Source of the DNA: Phoronis australis
Lineage: Eukaryota > Animalia > Phoronida
Reading direction: 5' to 3'
Length of the DNA: 64,000 nucleotides
NCBI GenBank assembly: GCA_002633005.1
Contig: NMRA01000913.1
Span: 37,573-101,572, forward strand
Part shown: one piece after another, positions 48,837-61,000 of the stretch
Numbering within the stretch: position 1 is the stretch's first letter
Layout: each line of letters starts with the position of its first letter
The notes under the pieces: model-generated
What the model was told of the DNA's origin: nothing
Seen by the model: only the letters and a program-made list of their open reading frames with translations
Database searches by the model: none
Program-made: the position numbers and the translations under genes

Positions 48837-49166
48837 ATAGTCATTCTGCCTCTTGCCCATCCTGCCATCTGCTACATAGTCATTCTGCCTCTTGCCCATC
48901 CTGCCATCTGCTACATAGTCATTTTGCTTCAGTCAATTGTGTAATCATTGTTGTCAACTTTTAGTAATAACTGGTTGTGTGTTCGTCACCTTCATGGACA
49001 TTTTTCAGTCATTTCCAGTAATTTTGGTTATAATTTAGACATTAAATTAGTATTCTCTTATTTACCTATTTATTTATTATTGTAATATTTATAATGAGAG
49101 TAGCCCCATCAGTTCACACTGCTTTCTATGGGGGCCCTAAGAAAAAACATGATGTTTTTCTTTTAG

Positions 49167-49460
49167 ATTGTGGAGAACAGCATTGAATTCTGTTGACCAC
49201 AAGACATTAGCAAAATTGTGGAGAACAGCATTGAATTCTGTTGACCACAAGACATTAGCAAAATTGTGGAGAACAGCATTGAATTCTGTTGACCATAAGA
49301 CATTAGCAAAATTGTGGAGAACAGCATTGAATTCTGTTGACCACAAGACATTAGCAAAATTGTGGAGAACAGTGTTGAATTCTGGAGACCACAAGACATT
49401 AGCTAAATTGTGGAGAACAGCATTGAATTCTGTTGGCCACAAGACATTTGCTAAATTACT
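49167..49460. repeat. 48-bp tandem repeat x6
   Basis: (ATTGTGGAGAACAGCATTGAATTCTGTTGACCACAAGACATTAGCAAA)n. Confidence 0.92.
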
Positions 49461-49688
49461 CTAGGCAATCCCATAAATTAACACTCTGCCTCACCGACCA
49501 ATCACTTCAGTGGCCACCAATTCACTAAGACAGGCTAGTACGGTAAAGTCGCGTGATTTTCGGACGGCCCGCCATTTTCGACCAAGAATAAATATTTGGG
49601 TAAGGTCACGCTAAGGGGTACAATCACAGTGATGTCAAAAACATGATAATTTATGCCCGTTTCTGTCGTTATTAAGCGGTGAACACAG

Positions 49689-51432
49689 TTTTTATGCGCC
49701 CACATATTTATATGTGGACGCATTATGCCGTCATCTCTGTCCGTCCGTCCGTCCGTCCGTCTGGGCGGCGTCCGTCCGGCGTCCGCTGCTCTATCTCCAA
49801 AACCCTTTGACATACGTTCATGAAATTTGGCACATATGTTCCATTCACAGTCCATCCGTCCGGGCGGCGTCCGTCCGGCGTCCGCTGCTCTATCTCCAAA
49901 ACCCTTTGACATACGTTCATGAAATTTGGCACATATGTTCCATTCACGAATGGGACGGCATGTGCGAACTTTCAGACGGATCCGACTACCGGTGTGCCCC
50001 CTAGTGGCAATTTTAGTTTTTTACGCTTACCTTTGTATCTTCAAAAGTCCTGAACGGATTTTCATGAAATTTGGTATGTAGGCACCTATCAGTGAGATGA
50101 CGCTGTCCTCCCGTTTTCAGATGGATCCGACATAGTTTGCGCTACCTAGTGGCCATTTTTAGTGTTTTCGAGTTTGTTTTTGTGCGTCCACCCCTCTATC
50201 AACCAAACCGTTCAAAGGATGATTGTGAAAATTGGCATGTATATGCTTACTATGTAGAGGACGGTTGACGGTGATTTTCCGACGATTTCGACTACTTTGG
50301 CGCCTCCTAGTGGCAGTTTTGTTTTTTTTGCGCCTATGGCTGTATCTCCTAAACGGTTCGCAGGATCTTTACAAATTGTGTAAGTATATTTATATGATGT
50401 TAACAACGGAAGATGACGACTTTTGGTCGGATCCGACTACCGCTGTTCCCCCTAGTGGCAATTTTATGTTTTTACGCTTACCTTTGTATCTTCAAAAGTC
50501 TTGAACGGATTTTCATGAAATTTGGTATGTAGGCACCTATTAGTAATCCGACTACCGGTGTGCCCCCTAGTGGCAATTTTAGTTTTTTACGCTTACCTTT
50601 GTATCTTCAAAAGTATTGAACGTATTTTCATGAAATTTGGTATGTAGGCACCTATTAGTGAGATGACGCTATCCTACTGTTTTCAGATGGATTTGACGTA
50701 GTTTGCCCCACCTAGTGGCCATTTTTACTGTTTTCGAGTCTGTATTTTTGCGTCCACCCCTCTATCAACCAAACTGCTCAAGGGATGATTGTGAAAATTG
50801 GCGTGTATGTGCTTACTATAAGGAAGACAGCTGACAATGATTTTCAGACGATTTGGACTACTGTGGCGCCTCTTAGTGGCAGTTTTGTTTTTTTGCGCCC
50901 ATGGCTGTATCTCCCAAACCGTTTGCAGGATCTTTACTAAATTTAGCAAGTGTATTAATGTGATGTTGACAACAGACGATAACGACTTTAGGATGATTCT
51001 GATTACCGGTATGCCTCTAGTGGCAATTTTAGTATTTGCCTCTAGTGGCAATTTTAGTATTTTACATTGACCTCTGTATTTTCATAGGTCTTCAGGTGTA
51101 TACTTTATGTTACTTCGTGACTGTGAAGGAAAAGTTCCAAGTAGAAATTTGTTTCTGGCATTCTAATGCTGTGCTAATCTCGTATGTTGGTAAATTTGTT
51201 TTTAATTCTATGTTTCTGCGGTGCTTTAAGCAACTGGTGTATAGGATGTGCTTGTATTATGAAGATTACTCACATTTTGCCCCTAGCCTATTGAGGAGAC
51301 AATGACCATGCCTTTCCATTTTGCAAAGTATGCCCTCTACTGGCCACTTTATGGTACCAATAAACAACCCTAGAAGGATACCGTATGCGGTGCAATTGTG
51401 GGCGCATTTCAACGCTCCGCGTTGCTCTTGTT
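49689..51432 (+). mobile_element. Full-length young HINE/DINE-like element
   Basis: TTTTT start; subterminal inverted repeat ATGCGCCCAC (49694) / GTGGGCGCAT (51398); 5' palindrome CCACATA..TATGTGG; (GTCC)n microsatellite; 145/161-bp internal repeats; 3' hairpin CAACGC-TCC-GCGTTG then CTCTTGTT; T-rich target with no TSD. Confidence 0.88.
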
Positions 51433-51585
51433 AATTTTGAAAATGTGATTTTTTGTCAATTATTTTTTAGATTTTGCCCAAGTGTAATGTTGCAATCTTG
51501 CTAAACAGTATCATATTGAGATGAGTATTCACAACATGTAACCTTATCAACCTTGCCAACAGTAATACTAATTGTTTGTTAACAG

Positions 51586-52008
51586 TGTTGACAGTCGTAG
51601 TGATGTTGATAGTGAAGATCGGCCGCTGTCTCCGTTGTTGAAAGCTGAGAGAGAGTTTGAGCGGCGTCTACAGACACTTGAAGAGTCCACCCCCAAGGGG
51701 GCGTCATCTTCCAGCTACAAGGACACAAACAAAAGGTCACAAGTTCTTAAAGTAAGTGACAGTTACACTGTTGATAGGAAGCAGGCTGATGTGGACTCTG
51801 ATTCATCAGCTGTGGGATCAGAGGTTAGTAAGAGAACGCCACGAAAAAGGAAGTTGAAAAAGGACAAGTCATCGCTGAAGTACGTCGTTCGGCAGTCTCC
51901 GTCTGGCACTGTGGAAATGTCAGTGGAGGTACCCAATAAAGACGGTCATAGTCCAGCCAATAACCAAGAGACTGGTGTTGGGCATAAGGATGCACCAAAC
52001 GCGACAAG
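51586..52008 (+). CDS. MPHOSPH9: MPHOSPH9-like exon (VDSRSDVDSEDRPLSPLLKAEREFE...)
   Basis: ttgttaacag| acceptor, AG|GTATGT donor, 423-nt open S/K-rich frame. Confidence 0.8.
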
Positions 52009-55000
52009 GTATGTATGTGTGTATGTTAATGTGGATTAGTTGTTAAGAGTTGTGGCTTCCTACTTAATGCATGCAGGGATGTGCTTCAGAGCTGTGTAGG
52101 GAGATATGTATTTATGGACCAGTGAACAAACTAGTTTACAGAAGTGGTCGATTTATGGTAAATGGTGCAATCACCTCAAACACAGTACAGAAAGCAAGAA
52201 TATAAGACAAAGACTTGGACAATATGGTGTGGGCTGGTATAGAGCACAGGTCACAAGCATTTGGGCAATTTGGTATGAACTGGGTTAGAACACTGGTCAC
52301 AATGTTTTAGAGCTTTCTGAAACAGAGCAGATGTGTGCTTATGGAGCTGACGTTGGATGATAACCGTGGTGAGTTTTGGACTGATCTGACTACCACTGTG
52401 CCCCCTTGTGGCAAATTATTTGTTTTGCGTTTGCCTCTGTTCACAAATTGATTTTCATGGGATCTGGAAAATAGGTTTCTATTAAAGAGATGATGATGCC
52501 TTTCCGTTTTTGGACAGATTCTACATATTTTGCTCTACCTAGTGTCCATTGTTATTATTTTTGGTCCATTCTGTCTCTGTTCACCTTTTTATTTGCCAAA
52601 CCACTCAGAGAATTATCTTGAAAATTACCAAGCGTTTTCCATGTGAAAAAAGCGTAGCTGACAATTCATTTTCTGACAGAGGTGGCACCTCCTAATGACA
52701 ATTTTTATTTCCTCAATCTTCGGAGGATTTTTTTGAAATTTGACGAGTATTTTCCTATGACTGTGTCAAAGGCTGAATACGACCTTCCAGCAGATCTGAC
52801 CTTTGCTGTTTCCTGTGGTGGCACATTTCCCTCTGCTATCTTTAGTGTTGCTTGATGGTTTTTTGTGAATTTTACTGAAGATTTCTATCCTGGAAATGAT
52901 ATCACTTTTTCCATTTTGAGATGGATTCGACATGTTTTGCATTACCTAGTGGTCATTTTTATTGATTCTGTATCTACCAAACTGCTCAGAGGATCAGCGT
53001 AAAGTAGGCACATGTGTTTGCACTGACAAGAGCACAATTGATGTTGATTTTCAAACAGGTCCAACTTCTGTGTCACCCTCTAGTGGCGTTTTTGTTTTTG
53101 TGACTGTATCTCCTAAATACCTTACAAGATCTTTATGAAATGTGGCGATTGTATCGAATTTCTATTAAGTTGACAACAAATGGACGGATTTGTCTACCAC
53201 TTTTCCTTCTTGTGGAATGTGGCTTTTTACGTTTGGCTCTGTATCTGTTCCTTTCTTGAAACGTGACAAATAGTTTTCTGTTAGAGAGATGACAACATCT
53301 TTCCGTTGTTAGACAAGTTTGATGTATTCTACGATATCTGGTGGCCATTTTTATGATGCTATTTAACTCCCATTTGCGCCACAGTCGTGGGCGCTCTTCA
53401 ACGCTGCACGTTGCCGTTTTGTGATTTATGAAAATTTGGATTTCAGGTTTGATGTTGCTGCGGGGACTAAGAAAACACCCAAAGAAGGCGCTGGTGTGTT
53501 GCCACCTAATGAGTCATCAGCATCAGTGAGGTCAAAAGGTCAGATTTAGATGCTTGAAGTTTATAGGACATGATTAACATTACCAAAATCTGTATCATTA
53601 TTGTGGTGTTACCCTTAAAAATTCTCAGATTCTCGTGTTCATCTGTCACAGTCTAAAGCCTAGTTTTCAGGTGTTGCTGTTTTTGTTTTCATTTGAGTTG
53701 TTTTGCTATGGTTTGTGGCAAATAAAAAAGCAGATTGCCTTAACGTTTGTTTTTTTACATGAAAAATGAGTAAGGCAAATTAGTAATAATTGCCAGATGA
53801 ACGGTAATGAAAATATGTATTGTGCTCAAATGTCGAGCGCTCGAGTTTGATTTCCCAAAATTGGATTCAGAATTTAAAGGATGTACATATGGACGGACAT
53901 AACTGAAGACATGCTTAGTGCAGTCAGTCTGGCACTTTGCATCGTGTCACCCAATGATTTAGTAATCGACGTTAAGAAAACTGACCACAGATTTCTGGGC
54001 ATGTTGTCATAGTGTCTTGGAGAACATTTCCACAAATATGTGCCAGTCCTTGTTTGTTTGTGCGTTCAAGATGATTTCATGATGCGTTTCAGCTGACCGT
54101 GTGAATGGTTACGTGGATGGTGTTAGAAGTGGCAGGTATTCATCATCACCGGCATTACCAGAAGGTGGCACTGTGTCAGCACAGAGAGCAAGGCAAGCCA
54201 GGAGTAAACTGTCAGAGGTAAATGACCTAGTTAGATGACCTAATTAGATGATCTATTTATTGGCATTAGATTGCTTGATTCATGTGTCTATGAGCATTGT
54301 AGATTGTAATGAGAATTCTTCAGAAAGCAAAATATGTTGTATCCTCGGCTTAGTAATAAATGAGTGATAGTGTGAAATGTGATTTGTTTTTTTAAATGAT
54401 ACTATATCAATCTCAAAGTTCTAACTTTCACAGAAAATGTCAAAGTCGTGGTCTCTTCTTTTGTATGGTAGGCTCTGCTAGCTCTCAGCTTAGATTCACC
54501 AGGATTGTTGCGTCACCAAAAAAAAATTCCTCGGAAACTTCGTTGGAAGGTAGAGTCCTTCTAGTTCTTTCTGGGTGACAGAAATGCGTTAATTTAGAGA
54601 TTGGTAATGCATGATGGCATGCCTTACAATTAGATGATTACAAAAAATTTCATCCAGAATGTATATCATGGCTGGAAGGTGTGAATATTTTTGTATGTTT
54701 TTGCGGATTTAGAAACTTCCATGTTTTTGCTGTGAATTTGTAATGTAAGTAAGAATTAATAGTCTTCGTACATGCCATATTTTGGTCTCATCACGTAGTG
54801 TGTAAGAAGTCTAATAAATCTTACCTATACCACATCAATGCTCTGATTTAACGCAGTCATTAAGAATTTGTATAGTTACTTTGTTGTACATAAAGCAATA
54901 CCTCCACAATTAAGCTGTAAAAAAATTCAATTTGAGCATGTTTTAAAGCAAAACGATGAATTATCTGTTTGAAAAACAACAGGGCGCGACACCTTGAAGT

Positions 55001-58000
55001 CACCATGCTGTTTGTTTTGTCGACTTTAGAGAAAATACAACCTGCAGCTTTTTGCTTAGAACTTCATTAATGTGTGTAGTCATGCATTCATTTTAGGATC
55101 ATTATTGATGTTGTAATCTATTTTTATTGCTTGGACAAGGTAAGAGCTGAGAAACAATCCCTTCTGGAAGGTACTTAATGTCATACCAGACATATGAAAT
55201 TGAAATGGGGTCAGTTTGACCTATTTAGAGGTGTCAGTGGCGCCACTTACTCATTGTTGACTTTGGTGCATTTTGGCTTGTTGCTTGGAATTGACTGGAT
55301 ATTTTAGGGGCTATTTGATGGCTGCGTTAAGAAGTGTGTCAATCTTTCTGCTGTGACTAGTCTCCTTAATGACGTGTATCATATCTTTACAGAAACAATG
55401 CTCTGTACTATATTTTCAATTTTTGTTTACCACAGACAAAGCAGATGGATCCTGGTACAAAATTGAATGAACGTATGCAGCTAGTACATGATCTAGAGAG
55501 AAGACTAGATGAACTACTCGTAGAGAAAAGAACCGTAAGTAGTCAGTTCAGGAAGAACGACTTTCTTAATAATTTTTTTTTTTTTTTAATACGTTTATTT
55601 ACCCAGAAAGCATATCATTAATGAATGGTAGATACGGCTGGGGTTGGGTAGCCCCAACTACGTATCTTTACAACTTACTAGAGTATAATACATCAACTTA
55701 ATTAAACAAATAAGTATCTGGAAATTACTCCTAATGATTGGGCGAATAATTAATAACGGTATAATTAGATTGTATGTCCTCTAGTTATGGTATTCAGAAG
55801 ATATGGATGGGAAGTTGAAATTTAAAACAAACTTGGTGACTTTGATTTCCTTAACAGGTTTTCATGAAATTTGGCAAATAAGTATTTCGGATGGATTCAA
55901 CATATTTTGTGCCACCTGGTGGTCATTGTTACTATTTTCAAGACTGTTTTGGGGCATTCGCTTCTCTCTCTGCCAAACTACTCTGAGGATCATTGTAAAA
56001 ATTGGCAGTGTGTTACCACTGCAAAGAGCTCAGCTGGTGATTATTTGTGGACGGTTCTAACTACTGTTGCATCCCTTTGTGATAGTTTTGTTTTTTCTTT
56101 GTTCATGGCTGTATCTAACCCCTTTACAGAATCTTTGTTAAATTTGACAAGTGTTTTTCAGTGAAGGTAACTTCAGACGAGACCAAATTTGAAACAAATC
56201 CGATTGTTGCTGTACCCCTGACTAGCGATGTTATTGTTTCCGTTTTTCTGTGGGTCTTTGGAGTTCCTTGACAGATTTTCATGAAATTTTTATGGAATTT
56301 GGCGAGTAGGTTTCTGTTAAAAAGGCAATGACACCTTCCCATTTTCTGATGTATTTGACATAATGTATGCCACCTGTTGGTCATTTTCATTATTTGTAGT
56401 CTGTCCTCCTCTATATCAGCAGAATCACTCCTCACTCACAATGTGGTGAAAAGATCTCCAATGGAACTTCATCTATGTCTTGGCTGTGACAATGGCTGCT
56501 CTTGACTTTTTGGATGGCTCTGACTATGGCTATGCCCCCCAGTACCAATTTTATTTTTTACCTTTGCCTCTATTTTTTCGATGAGTTCCTCGATGATGTT
56601 TTTCTTGAACTTTGGGAAGGAATTTCCTGTTGTGTTGGTGACAGCACCTTTCCAATTTGTGATGGATTGGACATATACTGCGCCACCTAGTGGGCATGTC
56701 AATTATTTTTTAGTCTTCTTTTTTGTCGTCTGCTTCTGTATCTGCCAAACTGCTCAGAGGATCGTTATGAAAATTGAAGATATGTTCCAACTGACATGAG
56801 CACGACTGGCATGCATTTTCAGATGGGTCCAACTATTGTGGTGCCCCCTAGTGATATTTTTGCAACTGTGGCTGTATCTACAAAATCCCTTGCACGATCA
56901 CAATTTGTCAAGCTCGGCTATTTTAAGTTTGCTAGCATTGCTTTCTTTAATTGGGGTGTTTAAAATATTGGTCATCCCATGTATCTGTGCAATGCATGTG
57001 TTGCACACAGTGGGCACATATCAAGGCTCTGTGTTTTAAAGTAGTGCCTGTTAAAACCGTGCAAGTGGAAGTTGTACTGGTGGGCGTGTGTATTGGGCAT
57101 TTGTATTGGTGGGCATGTGTATTGGTGGGCATGTGTATTGGTGGGCGTGTGTATTGGTGGGCGTGTGTATTGGTGGGCGTGTGTATTGGTGGGCGTGTGT
57201 ATTGGTGGGCGTGTGTATTGGTGGGCGTGTGTATTGGTGGGCGTGTGTATTGGTGGGCGTGTGTATTGGTGGGCGTGTGTATTGGTGGGCGTGTGTATTG
57301 GTGGGCGTGTGTATTGGTGGGCGTGTGTATTGGTGGGCGTGTGTATTGGTGGGCGTGTGTATTGGTGGGCGTGTGTATTGGTGGGCGCGTGTATTGGTGG
57401 GCGCGTGTATTGGTGGGCGCGTGTATTGGTGGGCATGTGACCTGTACAGGCTTTACTGATTACTTGGATTGTTTTTATTTTAGACTGAATCACAGCTTAG
57501 TCATGTTGGCCCGTCAAGCTCAAGGGAAAACAGGAAAAGAAAGGTAGGTTGCTGAGCAAGAAGCATATACCAAAACTGATGACACTGGTCATGAACTCTT
57601 GTCCTGTAGTTGGTAATGAGGCATGTGTTACATAACCACGCAGGTGTTACATAACAGTGCATGTGTTAGCTGACCATGCTTGTGTTACATAACCAGGTAT
57701 GTGTTACATAACCTTGCATGTTACATGACTGCTTGTGTTACATAATCATGTATGTGTTAGATAACCCTGCAGGTTAGGTGACCATGCTTGTGTTACATAA
57801 CCATGCAGGGCTCCACTTAACAAGCTGCAGGCCCCATTTGCAACCTGAAATTTGGAAATACGAGCTGAGATTTTTGCCAGCTCGTAGCAAGTCGCAAAAT
57901 GCGACCTTGAATTTCCAACGTATGGGAGCGGAGTTTTCGCACTTCTCGGCAAATACAAGGCAAATACAAAGCAACTCGAGTGAATTCAACCGTTATTTGG

Positions 58001-61000
58001 TTGTTGCCAAATCAAGTTTAAAAGAGCACTAACCGAGAAAAGCCCTCCCGATGACTTGTAAGGATGTCCTTGAACATGTGATAATGCAGAATTGATCTTT
58101 GATGTGTTTCATTGGCTAACGTTTTCGGCTACTTTTGCAAATTCCTGATGTGCCGAAGAAAGTTTCGGACCACGGCATAATGCGTGTTAAAACTTCACGA
58201 GACAGCGGTGTTTCTACTAATTCTTAGACGAGCAACTTGCCAAACTTCGTGGTGGAAGAGCATATTTATTTTTCACGTAATATATCCTTCTTATCAAGTA
58301 TTCAGGACGAAATTCCTGCGGCACTGTTCGGTCCCGTTGTTAGCGCGCAAGCCACAGTGCCGCCAGACAACCGTGGCTTGGAAATGTGCGTCTCGTTTTT
58401 TATCGCAAAAGACAGCAAACTTGAAAATGACAACCCCACTAATAGCCAAACGATGAGTGGATAGAATTTTATATGTGTATGAAAATGAATTATTTACATT
58501 CATAATTATATCATTGTAATCTTAACATCAGTTTTTTTATTTGTGTATTCGTGTATTATAATTGTATATAGACTTCTTTGTATTTTTTTAACCCAGATCT
58601 AATTCTCCTGGCGCTTTCTGGGTCATGTATATTCATTGTATTCTGAAGATTTCGTAATAAACATTAAAAAAACCTACTAGCAGCCAAACGACGGCCATGT
58701 CTTGCTTTCAGCAAAGTAGTTTTTGAGACGCCAAGAAATTCTCAAACCCTTTACTTGTTTCTGGGGCTACGTGCGCGACAGACGAGTCGTCAGTCACATG
58801 GCCAACGTAAAGTGTAGGCTTACTCCAGCAATTCAAGTGCGTGAACTGACACTGGCACACCACGAGCCCCCCAATTTGGCGAATTGGGCAAAAAGGTCCG
58901 CCTCAGTGAAACAAAAAGTCCGAATAAACTTGACAAAAGTCCACAAAATCCACGGGAAGTCGCCGCGGGTGCACGGTTCGTGGAGCTGAACTTAGTGGTC
59001 CCGTTTTTTATGCGCCCACATATTTATATGTGGATGCATTATGCCGTCATCTCTGTCCGTCCGTCCGTCCGTCCGGGCGGCGTCCGGCGTCCGCTGCTCT
59101 ATCTCCAAAACCCTTTGACATACGTTCATGAAAATTGGCACATATGTTCCATTNNNNNNNNNNNNNNNNNNNNNNNNNNNNNNNNNNNNNNNNNNNNNNN
59201 NNNNNNNNNNNNNNNNNNNNNNNNNNNNNNNNNNNNNNNNNNNNNNNNNNNNNNNNNNNNNNNNNNNNNNNNNNNNNNNNNNNNNNNNNNNNNNNNNNNN
59301 NNNNNNNNNNNNNNNNNNNNNNNNNNNNNNNNNNNNNNNNNNNNNNNNNNNNNNNNNNNNNNNNNNNNNNNNNNNNNNNNNNNNNNNNNNNNNNNNNNNN
59401 NNNNNNNNNNNNNNNNNNNNNNNNNNNNNNNNNNNNNNNNNNNNNNNNNNNNNNNNNNNNNNNNNNNNNNNNNNNNNNNNNNNNNNNNNNNNNNNNNNNN
59501 NNNNNNNNNNNNNNNNNNNNNNNNNNNNNNNNNNNNNNNNNNNNNNNNNNNNNNNNNNNNNNNNNNNNNNNNNNNNNNNNNNNNNNNNNNNNNNNNNNNN
59601 NNNNNNNNNNNNNNNNNNNNNNNNNNNNNNNNNNNNNNNNNNNNNNNNNNNNNNNNNNNNNNNNNNNNNNNNNNNNNNNNNNNNNNNNNNNNNNNNNNNN
59701 NNNNNNNNNNNNNNNNNNNNNNNNNNNNNNNNNNNNNNNNNNNNNNNNNNNNNNNNNNNNNNNNNNNNNNNNNNNNNNNNNNNNNNNNNNNNNNNNNNNN
59801 NNNNNNNNNNNNNNNNNNNNNNNNNNNNNNNNNNNNNNNNNNNNNNNNNNNNNNNNNNNNNNNNNNNNNNNNNNNNNNNNNNNNNNNNNNNNNNNNNNNN
59901 NNNNNNNNNNNNNNNNNNNNNNNNNNNNNNNNNNNNNNNNNNNNNNNNNNNNNNNNNNNNNNNNNNNNNNNNNNNNNNNNNNNNNNNNNNNNNNNNNNNN
60001 NNNNNNNNNNNNNNNNNNNNNNNNNNNNNNNNNNNNNNNNNNNNNNNNNNNNNNNNNNNNNNNNNNNNNNNNNNNNNNGTATTTTACATTGACCTCTGTA
60101 TTTTCATAGGTCTTCACTTGTATACTTTGTGTTACTTCGTGACTATGAAGGAAAAGTTCCAAGTAGAAATTTGTTTCTGGCATTCTAATGCTGTTCTAAT
60201 CTCGTTTGTTGGTAAATTTGTTTTTAATTCTATGTTTCTGGGGTGCTTTAAGCAACTGGTGTATAGGATGTGCTTGTATTATGAAGATTACTCACATTTT
60301 GCCCCTAGCCTATTGAGGAGACAATGACCATGCCTTTCCATTTTGCTAAGTAAGTGTTTCATAATAAGCGCTCAATGCTCTATTTACCAAGAGTTCCCCC
60401 TCAACTTTTGAGAATTTCCAATTAAGCGCTCACAGTTCAGGCTAGTGCCCATCATAGCTCACTACAAACGATCGCATGTGGTTTGAAATTGTTACGCAGC
60501 CTATATATTGAGTCACTCTCATTTTACACAACAACAAATTCAGTTTTCACAGAAAACGTCTTTTCTCAATTTGTAAAAAAACAAACCTGGCTTTGTTTTA
60601 TACCTCCGAAAGAAAGTCAAGAATTGTGACTGCGTCATTTTGTGACTGGCCTATTTTCCCCGTACATGGAAGATATTGAGCAGCAATCTTGACTTACCCA
60701 ATGGAAACTGCACGGATTCGGGAATTATTTTGAGGCTTTTCATTTCATGGAAAACTAATTGTTGAATACTTAAACAGCATAAGTCCAACATTTTTGTTGT
60801 GAAATTTGCACTGATTTGTACCCGCGCATCTATATACGTCATTCAGCTAGGGCAAAGTTTCACAGATTTTTTCAAGAGGATGTCTTTCAAACGTCCAGTT
60901 AAGTTGCAAAGTTTGGGCTGCGAATAAGAAATGGAGGGAGTTTGCACTCAAAGTTAGTTGGGATCATTAACGGCATTAATGACAGCCATATAGCAGGGTA

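Noticed and set aside
56951-57547. Cys/Trp-rich ORFs (YWWACVLVGVCIGGRV)n
   Set aside because: Products of a 16-bp minisatellite open in several frames; only 57484-57543 is a supported exon.
58884-60327. Long ORFs of 324-402 aa
   Set aside because: Artefacts of the second N gap; the flanks are transposon sequence.
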